From contig CM074512.1 in assembly GCA_037379345.1 (NCBI GenBank), positions 24,180,001 to 24,244,000 of the forward strand: 64,000 nt of DNA, read 5' to 3'. A program made the position numbers and the translations under genes. Of this stretch, positions 14,730-28,587 are shown piece by piece. The notes below the pieces were generated by a model. That model had not been told where the DNA came from. It ran no database searches and was given only the letters and a program-made list of their open reading frames with translations. Origin of the DNA: Perna viridis. Taxonomy: Eukaryota. How positions within the stretch are numbered: the stretch's first letter is position 1; every line of letters begins with the position of its first letter.

Positions 14730-15210
14730 AGTTTTTATCTGCGTCACCAACGATGGGAGTAGGTCTAGTAGCCGCTACACTCCACCCGTCCGTCACGCTA
14801 AGAGGGTATCCATTTTGTGTAATCTGTAAATCAATAAATATTGAACCAATTTTATTCCAACTTTGCACAGTGTAAATGTTGTTTTCTGTTTTGTATATTT
14901 TTATGCATATTTCAGAGTAAGTGTCAGTTCCTAAGCTTGTGATATCTTTGAAAATGTACCAATAGATGCCATACCACAAAAGTAGGGTTGGGATTGGTTT
15001 TGGGAATTGTGTCTGGAACCATTCAGAAAAAATGGACGAAATATGGACGAAATAGCGACCATTACGATTTCGATAAAATTTTTATCTGTATCAAATACTT
15101 AATCGCAATCCAAATTCTGAGCTGTATCAGGCTTGAATAGTGTGTCCCAATTGTTAAAGGTTTTGATCTCAGTGGTCGTATCAAGCTACACCCAGCGAAG
15201 CATTTTATTA
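14730..15210 (+). mobile_element. HINE-like element
   Basis: T-tract start with ccgtccgtc. The 3' block gagctgtatc...gtggtcgtatcaagct recurs at 16571-16648 and 49272-49360. Confidence 0.5.
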
Positions 15211-16762
15211 GCGCCCATTTTGTTAATATTAGTCTCGTACTGTAATGTGTCAATAGTTTTAAGATATACTCATCAGTTCGCTTGTCATTAAGCATCATTC
15301 ACTTGTCCAGATTAGATATGACCTGATACTTTTGTTCATAGTAATGATGAGTTTAGATTCAGTTAGAATTATTGATTGCATGAGATTGCATTTAATCGGC
15401 TATTTTTTCCTTCTATCTTATTACAGTCATAGCGTTTTTTGTTTTTTTTTGTTTTGTTTTTTTTTTTTTTTTGGGGGGGGGGCATTGTAGTGTTATGTGA
15501 AATACTATTAGATTGCTGGTGATTTTTTTAACTGGACACTTAACACCGGATCATGCAGACATACAAAATGATAATAAAAACATATACTATATAAAAAAAG
15601 TAATTGAAACATTAACATGCATGTGTTGTTGGTGTTAAAGCTGGGGACTGAGGACACATAATTTAGTTTATTGATGCACTTGACCCAGATTCAGTTTTAT
15701 GCCAAGTTCAGAAAAGTTTTTTTTTAAGTATTCATGTAAATATTTTGTAAAATGTACTGATCTGTAAGCGAAGCATAATTAATGAATTAATGCTTATTTT
15801 TTTTCTCTTATTTTCTTGCTAAAACATGATAAAATCTGTAAAGGAATAGGTTAATTGAAAACAAGATTTGGTCCTATAATATAGTGTAAATCAGAAAGCA
15901 TATTATAAAACTAACTTATTGAATGTTAATTAAAGAGATGACTAATGAAACTAGGCAAAATTTTGTTCTTTTTTTATTTGTTTCAATTACATTTCATACA
16001 GCCTCATTATAATGATATTGTGGCAGTATTTTCCAGTAAAGAACTTAATGTGCTGTAAGATGTTTTATTAAAAAAAGAATCTAAGATTAGCAGCTGACTT
16101 GCATACTATATTGTAACATAACCGTTAGCTAGCGCAGCTCTTCGTATTGTGAAGTTCATCTTATTATACGACCGATACATTTGCAGTGGCAAAATTCAAA
16201 GTTTTTTCATAAAATTTAACTAGACAACTCAAGTATAATAGGAATATTGATCCTTACGTTAATACCCCCCCCCCCCACCACACACACACACACACACACA
16301 CGCGCTATTTTCTATACCATAAAGGTTAGATTTGGGGGAGTATTGCCCGATTCGCTTTTTCTTGTTTTCATATAAATACGAAGGTTTTTTGGGGAGTTAT
16401 TTACCCCGCTGCTTAGGAATAGGGGTCAAAATGGGACTCCGAAGCTAGCATTCTAAAAAGTTTAACTTTATAACTTAAGTATATGTCCTTGAACCGCTAC
16501 GAAATTCTATCACAAAGTTCTTATGTCTGACTGCAAATTGTACGACCTAAAAATCACGACCCAAATTAAGAGCTGTATGAAGTTTTGAGTATTGTGCCCA
16601 ATTTTTTCCCAACTGTTCGGGGTTTGACATCTATGGTCGTATCAAGCAGGGAAGAATTTTATTTTAACTCGAAGATACTAAAACTAAAACCTTGACTCAG
16701 TGATCTGCAAAAAATTAGTAAAGGATTAGAAATAAATGCAGTTTCTTTAAGGACCAGTATTA

Positions 16763-18615
16763 ATTTTTATACGACCGCAAAAAAAAAAAAAAACAAATAA
16801 AAAAACAAAAATGCGGTCGTATATTGGTATAGCGCTGTCGTCGTCGTCCGTATACACTTGGTTTTCATGTGATAACTTGAGTATTAGCAGACTGATCTTT
16901 AATAAAATTCTATAACAAGGCTTCAAACAACAAAGGGAAGGTTGGTATTGATTTTGGGATTACAGAATTAGGGGCCAACAAATATTTCATAGAATTCAAC
17001 TACTAAACTCCAGTAAAAGCATAGGAATGCCAGTGTTTCACAAATTCTCTTCCACAATAGTCAAATTTTGATTGATTTTGGGGTGAAGACTTGAACTTTT
17101 CAGAAAAAAGGGGCCTAAAAGGGGACTAGAAGCAAGCATTTTCCTGATGTCAAGACAATAACTTGTTTAATTTTGGTCCAATTTCGATTCCTTTTGAAAA
17201 TCCGTGCCTGCGTTTGTCAATCAGATTTTAGATACATTTCACTATTTTTGAGTTTTAAAGGGTCAAATGGGCAACACCCCAAAAAATCGACTTTTTAGCT
17301 CACCTTGCCCTAAACTACTACTGAGCGGAAATATATGAAACTTTGCACAGATGTTCATTAGGGTATCTTGCACAAAATGTATTTATATTTTGGTCCGTCA
17401 AATAGTATGGCCATCGTAGCTAAATATAGAACAAAGGGTTCAGACCATATGTTATGAGTTATATTTACAAGACCGTAGCAGATGGAAGAAGTCGGAGACA
17501 TTCGTGGCTCTTTGGCTTGATGAGATCTATCTTCGCTGAATTACCGATTTTTGAGTTATTGCCCTTTTTATGCTATTTTTCCGTATTTCCGTTTTATTCA
17601 TTTGAAAAGTATAGTAGTTAGATAGACAATTAAACTGTAGAAAGAATATTAGGACAAGATCCATCATTGGTGCAAATTGCAGAAACATTGGTCCTGTATT
17701 CTTGGAGTTATGAATCTTGAAAGGGTCATTTTTAACGCTTTTCCGACTTTTGCACGTTATTTAGAAAATGATAGCAGATTGATGATTAATAAAAAAAAAT
17801 AAAAATACGTAAAAGCATAATAAGATCTATCTTTGGTGCAAATTTCAGTAAAAATTTTCCAGTGTTTGCCGATTATTTAGAGAACGATAACAGATTGAAG
17901 TTTAATGTAAATTGAAAAAAAAAATAAGCAGAAAAAGATCTATCCTTGGTGCAAATTTAAACTCTGTTGACTTTTATTGGAGAAAAGTGTTCTTTTTTGA
18001 CGATTTTTCCAGTTTTTGCGTGTTATTTAAAAAAAAAAATCTTCTCTGAAACTACTTCACAGATTTCTTTGAAAGTATACAGGAATAGTCTATATCATGT
18101 TGGATATAAACGATCCTCATAATAGGAGATCCGATAAAAACATGACCACCGTTACTAAAAATAGAACTTAAGGGTCAAAATGCAATTTTACCCAGTTTTT
18201 GCATTGACTATTATAAAATCATGAACATTAAAGCTATTTTAAAGTAAACATGATATCCACAGTTGATTTGAAGCAAAATTGCTGCCTTTTCCCCGCCTTT
18301 TTTTACTTTCTGGGATTTCAATGATATTTGGTTTAATCAGGAAGTCTGGTGTCCTGAGTTGAATGGTGATGACAAGCATTTGTTCATTTTCAAAATGGCT
18401 GCTATTTTCCCCGCCTATTTTTTACTTGCTCAGATTTCATAGATATTTGGTTTCATAGGAGACATGATATCCTGAGTTGAATGGTGATGGCGAAACTTTG
18501 TTCTAGATGATCATTTTAAAGATTCCGGCTCTTTAGTGCCTCTAATTTATTTTTAGTTCGATTTCGATATGACCACTGCGGTCGTATCATACTGCGTTTG
18601 GCGGAGCCCTCTATT
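16763..18615 (+). mobile_element. Nested HINE-like elements with internal tandem units
   Basis: The outer element starts tttttatacgaccgcaaa...gcggtcgtata (subterminal hairpin) plus gtcgtcgtcgtccgt and ends gcggtcgtatcatactgcg...gcggagccct. An inner element runs ~17292 (tttttagctcacct) to ~18547, with repeated aagatctatc..tggtgcaaattt units and two ~118-bp repeats at 18270-18490. Confidence 0.65.
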
Positions 18616-19124
18616 AAAATTATTCGTTGGTTTTTAAATTCAGGGCAAAATTCAAGCAGCCTAATGTCCTCTATCTTTTGAATACCGTTTTCTGTTTTGT
18701 GTCTGCTGTTTCCAGTTTATTTCCCTCCCTTTTCTGCAGTATTACACTTATTACACAATCAATCCGCTTGATTTTAAAGTATCCAGTTTCAGATTGAAAT
18801 TGAACTAAGCATTCATTGTTTTCAACTGCTCTTGAGTGTCAATTAATTATTTAAATTTCTCCTCTCAGTTACCTGTTATATGATGCTGGAGACCAATATT
18901 TTGGGTTTCCCAAATGGAGTACAATGTCCAGTGTTTGCATACTCAGCAACTAACCTTGTCATGATAATTCTATTTTCAATCAGTTTTACAATGCAACACA
19001 TAAGTCACTCTGTACATAATTGATTCAATGCAAATCCTGTAATCCGTTTCAGCAAATGCGGTGCCATCTCCGTCAACTACAATTGTTTTAATGGGTAGTT
19101 TTAGTAAAATCTATTAGAAGCTGG

Positions 19125-19320
19125 AGGGGATTTTATTATCTTTTGGATTTAAGTAAGAAATGGGAGAGGGATTTTATATTCTTTGGATTTAAGTAAGAAT
19201 TGGGAGGGGGGTTTATATTGTTTGGATTTAAGTAAGAAATGAGGGTATATTTTATTATCCTTTGGATTTGAATATGAAATGAGAGGGGGGATATTTTATT
19301 ATCTTTTGGATTTAAGTTAG
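19125..19320. repeat. Minisatellite, ~38-42-bp unit, about 5 copies
   Basis: Repeated ggggattttattatcttttggatttaagtaagaaatgggaga variants. Confidence 0.85.
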
Positions 19321-20412
19321 AACTTATACGGATACCATAACACTATCTGCCCCTCAAAAATGCATTGAGGTTCTGTACATATATATTAAAGACTATCACC
19401 TGTTTTACTTGCATACATTATCTCCTTAAAGTAAGTAATATCTTTATCTTCTTGGTAATATATATTTTTGTTTGCATCAGTTTTGACAATTTATTGTAGA
19501 TTTGAATCGTATTTTGTCAGACCAGTAAATATATCGCTTTTTATTGGATGATGGCTTAAATCTATGATTTTAATACACTTTTCAACGGTATGTTTGGTTT
19601 CGGATTAAAAAATTTCGACATTTCGAGAGCCAACTGAAGTCGTTCAGTATGCTTTTTAAGCCAATAAAAATGAGATATTGGCAGGCTTTATGTCCGTTCA
19701 TAGTTTTTATATGTTGAAGGCATTTCTAACAGCAGACGATTCTATTTGAATACCGATTTCCTTGTTTTCCGAACCATGTACGCAATATACTTCGAACAGC
19801 ATACAAATTCTTGTTTTCTGTTGGATTTTATACTGTTAAATGAGGGAATATTAAGAATGCGACGTAACTTTTAACCACCTGTCAATTGACCTGTTAAGCG
19901 TAACTCATTTTTCAAAGTGATCATGGAATACAGACTTGTTACTACACGTACAATCTTTACTAGTGCAGATTCAATTTACAACGGCACGATTTTTTTATCT
20001 GGTCATTTTATCTCGTATATCATCTTCCAACTTCTTTTAGTTCTCGTGTTCTTGTTTGTACTAAATATTGGATATAACTTTGAATCTCTACGGTCCACAG
20101 TCACATGTGTCCCCATTTATTTTATTACATGAAAATCATTAAAAAGGCGAGATGACTTAAGTAAGTCATGGAATGAAAGGAGAAGAGAGTGTGTTTATTG
20201 TTAGTGTGTACCTTTCTTTTTTCGTGAATGAATTTTGTTTGTTTGTTTTTTTTTTGTAGTTTGCGGTAAAAATTTAATGTTTGTTTTCGCACACGCGGGA
20301 GACGTTTTTCCCTTGTCCAACGGTAACTGCATCCATTCTGGTCACTTGGAATGGAACTATTTTTTTTTACATTCGTTTAAATAAGTCTTCCGATGAACGA
20401 CTCTAGAAAAGT

Positions 20413-20826
20413 ATTTGGTCACCAACGGTGAAAGTGGGTCTTGTAGACGTTGGATTCCGTCCATCAATCATGTTTTTGGGGTACTTCCGTTGGGCAATAT
20501 ATAACTCAAAAGGTATTATACCAATACTATTGAAATTTTACACAGTATTTATGAAGTGCATATTATATAATGGTGAAATTTGACAAATGTTTTCTTACAT
20601 TTTTAGCATGTTTATGACCTTTTGGCCACTTTATGTTGTCAAGGGTACCAACTTTGTGTAATTTGCACCACAAAAAAATATTAAACTTTGCACAGAGTTC
20701 ATATACATGTTGAAGATGTGCACCTCTTATTTTGGGCACATTAGTTTATTGTTTTATATTGAAGATGTACTGTGAGGATGACGCAGGTCCAGACATGGAT
20801 GTGTCTTGTCCGTGTACATGTCTAGT
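20413..20826 (+). mobile_element. HINE-like element
   Basis: tttggtcaccaacgg start, ttccgtccatc, internal aaactttgcacag/aagatgtgcacct boxes, and a 3' hairpin gacatggatgtgtcttgtccgtgtacatgtctagt. Confidence 0.5.
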
Positions 20827-21509
20827 CCAGGTTTTTATGGGAAATTTCTTTTTTAAATATCGTTAAAGACGTTGATGTGTACAAACAGGAATTTCATTCC
20901 AATAGTTTTTTTTTCTTGAATTTGCAGTGTGTTTTACAAAGTTTTTTTTTATTTCAAGCACCAGAGTATATGGTTCGATCGGTGAAATTCTCCTTCATTT
21001 TTTGTTTATTGGTTCAAGCATATTTTATAATTTGAGATTGTGATTGTCACGATTTTTTCCTACAATTTATTTGTCTTTTTTATTTGATGATGACATGGTT
21101 AGTTGGTATTAACAAAATGTTCACACGAACCATAGTACTTTTAGTATATGCACGTTTTTCCAGACACATTTTCATTCTTTGAATACTGTCTGTGCATTGT
21201 TATGTATTGAAAAATTGCGATAATAAACCTTTTTGTATTCGACTCACATTATAACCCACTTTAGCACACATAAATAATCACAGTGATCCCTTAAAAATTA
21301 TTTACCTATGCAAAGTCCTATTTGCCGCTTATTGTATCTGTAAATTCGTCATTTCTTTCGATATTAAACCATAGTAGAACATGTTCCACCACACGTCACA
21401 CTATTGCTTTTAAACTTTTTTTTAACGTCATAACAGCTGATTCACTAGAAAAAAATAGAAGTAGAAGAAACAGCCGCGAGAAGGGAAATCAACTGACAAA
21501 CGTAGAACG

Positions 21510-21862
21510 ATGAGGAAATGCGTGGATAAAATAATGCTGGGTACGATCGAGGGGGGAATCCATGGATAAAATAATGCCGGGTATGCCGAAGGTACAACGA
21601 GGGAGAAATCCATGGGCATAATAATGGCACCGTGTACGCCGAAGGTAGAATCTAAGGTACAACGAAGGTAGAAATCCATGGACAAATTAATACCGGGTAG
21701 GTCGAATGTATGTATAACGAGCGGAAAATCCATGGACAAATTAATACCGGGTAGGTCGAAGGTATGTATAACGAGGGGAAAATCCATGGACAAATTAATA
21801 CCGGGTAGGTCGAATGTATGTATAACGAGCGGAAAATCCATGGACAAATTATTACCGGGTAC
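21510..21862. repeat. 54-bp tandem repeat (~3.5 near-identical copies at 21672-21860 plus degenerate copies to the left)
   Basis: Unit aaatccatggacaaattaataccgggtaggtcgaatgtatgtataacgagcgga. It produces the 18-aa periodic ORFs on both strands in the track. Confidence 0.95.
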
Positions 21863-21909
21863 ACCTAACGGACAATAGACGTAGATCAAATCCTACAACT
21901 AAAGAAAAA

Positions 21910-22421
21910 TATAAGGAGAGATAAAAAAATAAGCACGAACCCCGTGAAAGCCGGGATGATCTCCGGAATGATTGACAGTAGGAGTACACGCTTCAAAAGC
22001 TTCTTATTACGTTTTGGCATTTTGTGTGACAATGTTGCTGTATGTCAATCGACCAAAGCAAAATCTTGAAATTATATTCAAAACATTTTACTCATATGGG
22101 AGTATCTATTCTTTTCACCAAGGAATTATTTCTTATTTGACCCTATCCCCGCAAACGACGTTGTTTTTTTTTAAGCATAAGGATGTAGTAATCTTTAGTT
22201 TGCAGATTAACTCACAGCTTTATGATTGTTGACTTCAATGGTATTTACGAACATTTGTCGAAGATACTGTTTGTTCCTAATAATCAAACCATCTCAGTTT
22301 CTAATTTAAAAGAGCTCTTTAAAAATGTTTTGCAGCCTTGTTTTTTTTTTCTTCACTTTTCTTTTCTTTTGTTTTGTGGGGTTTATTTTGTCTTGTTTTG
22401 TTAAACGCTCATCATCGCCGT
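21910..22421 (+). repeat. Segment A, source of a ~510-bp local duplication (copy at 24520-25053)
   Basis: Nearly identical sequence, mirrored by duplicated ORFs 21972/24583 and 22222/24854. Confidence 0.95.
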
Positions 22422-24287
22422 GTTCTTGTTTCCATCCGCAAGTGATGTAAATACGAAACTGTACATGCTATAATGTATGATGCAATGACTCACTGTCACC
22501 AACAATTAAGTTTATCGTATTTTTTTCTTCTACTGTCCTCTGAAGTTCGTGACTACGTTTTAGGTATACATTTGGACTGTTTTTGTTTGATATTGTTCAG
22601 GCTGCACCGAACTCTTACCTGCTTGCATTTTGTTGACATGTCACATAAGGTTTAGGTCAACATTAAAGGTACTAAGGCAGTGGTATTTTTAACTACTCGA
22701 TAATTTGCTTGGATTTGTATAGGCATTGGCGTATATGTAATAACAAGTGTATGAATATAAACTTTTTTTGCTAATTTTTAGAGTATCTCTGGTTATAACT
22801 TATTGTAACTTACCACTTGTTTGTCTGAGCATATTTTCATTTGTAGAAGCCAATGATTTTTAAAGGCACTGAAAAATTTAAGTTATCAAAAAAGAAAAGC
22901 CTTTCATTTAGTTTCCTTTTAGATATTATGTTCCTGTATGAATCTACTTATATTTAATGCCATTAGGTTATGTTGCACTATAGATATCAGTTCTACTGTA
23001 AAATAATATTCTTCTTTTGACGAATTGATATATCCTGTCATGTTTTTTTCCTAGAGCCATTAGTATATAAATCCTTAACCCTACTGATTTTGTCCATGTG
23101 GAGATCCTTCGTTCTCGACAACGATTTCATATTAATTGTTGCGAGGTGCAACGGCCATGACATTTTGGACCTATTATAATTTTGATTGTTGCTCGAAAAA
23201 CATTTTCAGTCATAGATACCAATGCGCAGATTGGTTTAATGGTGAGTGATTTTTTTTTTCAACAACTCAACTATAACGACTTCAAAATGAATCATTGTGT
23301 CTAACTCTTTCGTTGGTTTTGTTCTGTTATATTGTAAGATGGGAGAACCAGAAAAGGGTTTTGCCTGTAGTGTTCAGAAGTATTTCTATAATAATTGATC
23401 TTATTTAAAGACTATAGAAACAGGGTTTTTAACGTTTTAACAAGAATAAATATTCTAATTAATCAGTTATAAAAGTTAGTAAACTAACTTGATGATTGTA
23501 ATTTTCGCGAATAAATCTAAGACCCAAGAGTCAAAAGGGACAAACACTATTAAAAAAAATAAATCGAATCTATTTAATTATTCATTTTTTAACCGTTTTA
23601 ACAATTTTGATTAAGTATTACGCATCGTATACAAAAAATATTGAAATGTAACATATTTAAAAAAAAAAATATGTCATTGTAGACATCGGGCAGCGATATT
23701 AAACCTTCAAACAGAGAAATCATTCAAATTTTATTTGATGTATAAACAATCAATACACGTACTGCAGATGATTACTCGTATTAATACATGTGACACTTCC
23801 TGCGAAACATATGTCACATTAAAATTTTTAAAACTTTTTTTTGCACATCACTTCGATTTCTTGTTCGTTTTATCTCTTATTCATCAATGAAAACCAGAAA
23901 CATGATCTATGTACAGTGCAAAAACGACGCAAGAAAGAAATTTCTCTCTGAAATGGTATGTAGTGGGTTTACCTTGCTTTACCGTAGACTACTGTGAATA
24001 TTTGTAAAATTTATTTTGTCAAATTTGACATGCTTTACTTTATTGAAGATAAGGAAAAATATAATATATGTGTATACCTTGATCTGAAAATGTAATAAAA
24101 TATTTATTTTTGGTGGTAAAGACCAAGATTTAGAAAAATGCAGGTGTCAGTTTTTTTACTCAAACAAAATTCGAAATTTAACAAATGAATATCATTAATT
24201 AAGATTATCTTTGAAATTTAAAAACAAAAACTATACATTAAACATTCTAACATGAAAAAAGCTTCTTTGGCTAATATCTCTGTATCA

Positions 24288-25287
24288 GTGTTTGTTGTGT
24301 TTACACAAGACAAGCATAAAGTTGTATATTATAATTGTTATAACACTGTGGGGGTAAATAGTGACAGGGGTGTTCGTCCTTCCGTCCGTACTTCTTTTCT
24401 TCTTTCCGTTACGCAGAGGGTATCCGTCTCTTATCCGTTACTCCTACTACACCACTGAATCGAATTTAATGAAATTTTCACAGAATCATTTATTACATGT
24501 TCCTATTGTGAACCTCCTATATAAGGAGAGGTAAAAAAAATAAGCACGAACCCCGTGAAAGCAGGGATGATCTCCGGAATGATTGACAGTAGGAGTACAC
24601 GCTTCAAAAGCTTCTTATTACGTTTTGGCATTTTGTGTGACAATGTTGCTGTATGTCAATCGACCAAAGCAAAATCTTGAAATTATATTCAAAATATTTT
24701 ACCCATATGGGAGTTTCTATTCTTTTCACCAAGGAATTATTTCTTATTTGACCCTAGCCCGGCAAATAAAGGGTTTCCCACTAAACGATGTTGTTTTTTT
24801 TTTTAAGCATAAGGATGTAGTAATCTTTAGTTTGCAGATTAACTCACAGCTTTATGATTGTTGACTTCAATGGTATTTACAAACATTTGTCGAAGATACT
24901 GTTTGTTCCTAATAATCAAACCATCTCAGTTTCTAATTTAAAAGAGCTCTTTAAAAATGTTTCGCAGCCTTGTTTTTTTTTTCTTCACTTTTCTTTTCTT
25001 TTGTTTTGTGGGTTTTATTTTGTCTTGTTTTGTTAAACGCTCATCATCGCCGTTGTGTTTGTTGTGTTTACACAAGACAAGCATAAAGTTGTATATTATA
25101 ATTGTTATAACACTGTGGGGGTAAATAGTGACAGGGGTGTTCGTCCTTCCGTCCGTACTTCTTTTCTTCTTTCCGTTACGCAGAGGGTATCCGTCTCTTA
25201 TCCGTTACTCCTACTACACCACTGAATCGAATTTAATGAAATTTTCACAGAATCATTTATTACATGTTCCTATTGTGAACCTCCTAT
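24288..25287 (+). repeat. B-A'-B' complex duplication: 233-bp direct repeats (24288-24520, 25055-25287) flanking a copy of segment A
   Basis: B and B' read the same from gtgtttgttgtgtttacacaag to gtgaacctcctat. A' (24520-25053) matches 21910-22421. Confidence 0.95.
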
Positions 25288-26860
25288 TTTTTTTTATTTT
25301 GATCCAAATAAATGTTGAGGCCAAATGTTGCATGTTATCCAATGGGGGATTAGGGTATCAAGTCAGTGAATATTGGTTACATTTTTAGTTAGTGATGTTG
25401 CTGTGCGGTCTGTCATTTCAATAGAAAGTGTACATACCAGATTTGTTATAAGGAATTTTCTTTGAAAATTGTATTTTATTCGAAAAAAAGATCAAATTAT
25501 ACCCCTTCTAAGGATGTTAGTGACATTAGGTTTTACTTCTATCGTTATTACGTATGACCCATAACATTTTAGAACTCTTCATGGGATTATTTTCAAATAT
25601 GGTGTGACTTAATGTACCGATTCGTGTGTTTTAGTTCAAGTGTCATTTTCTTTTTTCGCTTACCGAACATCCTCGTTTGAATTTTAGGGGTAGAGGTGAC
25701 ATTAGTGCCCCAATGATATATTTCTTCTATTTAGAAATTATTTGCATAGTAAAATTTAGTAATTAGGTTCATAACTAAATTTAAAATTTGTGTCTGTTAG
25801 ATATACTACGAGTCGCACTTAAGCCTTTCATATGTGTTTGTATTTAGATAATGTTCATAGACACACGTGTTGTTGATAAAGAACAAGGAAATGTGTTGTA
25901 ATACTGTTGACATACAAGCAAGTCTCTCCTCATGACAGCATTTGATCGTAGAAAATGTTATACATTAATCAGTAAAAAATATATTAATATACCGTTACAG
26001 AAACAGGCATATTTATCAGATATCAAAACTTGATTCAAAGTAGTGCTAAATAACTAAGATCTTTTCTCTCTACTCATTAAACTGACGACCATTTTGCTAG
26101 AACAATGATCTTTCCTGTTAAAGAAAGATGTTTAGTAAAGTAAACTTCTTTTTAGGGTGACACATTATTTTTTTTTTAACCCACAATGTAGAATATATAA
26201 AGGCCGTGTTTGCTAAAAAGGTGGTCACAGTTTAGGAGTTTCATACAAAATAATTTTCCATGATTTTAAACGTGTGTCATTTTCTTATTGATTTAAACAT
26301 GAAAAGCGTTCTTACAAATATCATTTGTCCATATGTATATTCTGTGAACATGTCGGTTTGTATTTAAAAGTCTCTGGGTTACATTGAATAAAAATAACAG
26401 TTAGACGTCGCGCACTAAGTTGACGACAACTGTAAACTGTACTATTCCAAGTAGTTTGATGCAATCGTGTTAAAATATTTTTGAAACGAAACATTCCTTT
26501 CATGATAAAGGAGCAAATATTAGTCGTTTTATTCCACAGCTCATTATGTTATTAACATTACTATCCATAAAGTATGAAAATATCAGCTGTAAAAATATCG
26601 TGAAACTTGTAACACTAAGTAACAATAAAAAAAGTTTTATACATATGACTTTTTCAAAACTCAATAGATTTCCCCCCATTTTGTATTATAGAATTTTGTG
26701 GATTCCGACTATGAGGTTATATGACATTCGCCACAAAAAAAAAATTTTAAAACGACCACGGAAGATATGTAATCGAAATGTTGTACGACACGCGTGTAAA
26801 GTAGATATTTGGACGATCAATATTGCAAAATGGAAGAATCGATGAGAAAATATGAATTAT

Positions 26861-28587
26861 CACTATTTAAAAAGGGAGACAAATCTATTCCCTCAAACTA
26901 TCGCCCAATATCGCTTATAAGTTGTGTGGGTAAAATTGTGGAAAGAATAGTTTATAAACATGTTCACAACCACCTCGTCAGTAATAGTTTAATCTATGAA
27001 TACCAATCAGGGTTTCTACCGCGACACTCAACTGTGCATCAGCTATTAGAATTGTACAACACAGTACTGAACTTAATGGAGAAAAAGAATACAGCTGTTT
27101 CGTCTTGCGGCTTTTCCAAAGCTTTCGACAGGGTCTGGCATCGTGGTCTTTTGTTTAAATTAAAAAATCGTATGGTATTAAAGGAAAGTTATTAAACTGG
27201 TTCGAAAATTATCTTTCATGTAGAAAGCAAAAAGTAGTTAACAAATCTGCGTCTTCTTCCTTTGCCACTGTTCTAGCTGGAGTCCATCAGAGATCTGTAC
27301 TGGGACCTTTGCTATATTCTTTATATATATATATATATAAATGATATCGGGGACAAATTATCTTCTCTAACTAGATTGTTTGCAGATGATACGTCTTTGG
27401 GTTACTCCAATTCCAGTCTTGAAGACATAAAGAAATGTAATTAATCACGATTTAAGAGAATTGAATGATTGGTCCTCTAAATGGCTTATATCATTTAACC
27501 CAGATAAAACTGAGATCACGCTGTTTTCTAATAATGAATTACAGGAGCCTTTTACTGTTTCATTTAATGGGGTTCAAATACAAAATACAACTACTCATAA
27601 GTAGCATTCTCTGATAATGGTAAATGGAATACTCACATTGATAACCTTATTCTAAGTGTATCCAAACACTTGTGTGTACTACGAAAATTAAAATTTAGAT
27701 TAAGTAGAAAAAATCTCGACAAGTTATATTTTGTCTTTATACGCCCCATCTTAGAATATGCCAGTGAGGTCTGGGATAATTGTGGTATCACGTACTCTAA
27801 CAAACTGGAAAAATTGCAATTAGAAGCCGCGAGGATAGTAACAGGTCTTCCTTTTTAAAACTTGACATTCCCCAATATTTTAATTACGGCCCTCGTAAAT
27901 TAAATATCTGTTTGATCCAGCTACGATGTTCTGCGTTTTTCTTTAACTACGATTTACGCAGAGTCCATATTGTAGCTGATCCTGCGTGTAGTTGCGGTGC
28001 TCCAATTGAAAGTGTTTACCATTTTTTTCGAATACAAAAAATATACAGAAAACCGTATTACACTGTTCGAGAGTTTACGCTTAATTTCTTTAAGAATGGA
28101 TGTTTCACTGCTTACCAGGGGCAGTACTGATCTAACGAACGAAGAAAATATACTTATTTTTGATAGTGTCTTCATATTTATTAAAAGGTCAAAAAGATTT
28201 CTGACCTAATATTATTATGGAGGTAAAACCAGTCACACAAGAACAGCGCATCCACCCGTCCACTTTATGTTTCTTTTCAATTTTGTACATATATTTCTGA
28301 AACTTTTGGTTTTTTTTTTGTTAATTATTTTTTCATTGTATTGGTGTTTTTTTTCATTGTACCGCTATTTTTCCTTTTTCTTTTCTTTGTTCTTCATTGT
28401 CTTGTAAAATCTAATTCAGAATTGCTTTATTAATATTCATAATGATTTTATGCGTGCCCTCAATGTTCTAATGTTCTTATATATGCATTGTATATTATTG
28501 ATGGGAGAAGACTTCATAAGTTGGTAAAACTTGTGTCCTATCCCTTTTGTAGAGTTAACAAATAAAATTGTTGTAAACTAAACTAAA
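26861..28587 (+). mobile_element. 5'-truncated, frameshifted CR1-group LINE (reverse transcriptase domain, C-terminal Cys/His motif, 3' UTR)
   Basis: RT motifs FKKGDK..NYRPISL, YQSGF, FSKAFDRVWH, a degenerate GVPQGSVLGP, YINDI and LFADD (27376-27390), plus RPILEYASEVW and CSCGAPIESVYHFF. It ends AATAAA plus (CTAAA)n. Candidate 7-bp TSD cactatt at 26861 and 28588. Confidence 0.92.

Noticed and set aside
21672-21860. Regular repeats resembling a CRISPR array or repeat protein
   Set aside because: Units are contiguous with no unique spacers, there are no cas genes, and the context is eukaryotic. It is a minisatellite.
21972-22404. Duplicated ORF pairs (21972/24583, 22222/24854) suggesting paralogous genes
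   Set aside because: Explained by the local DNA duplication. The composition is non-coding.
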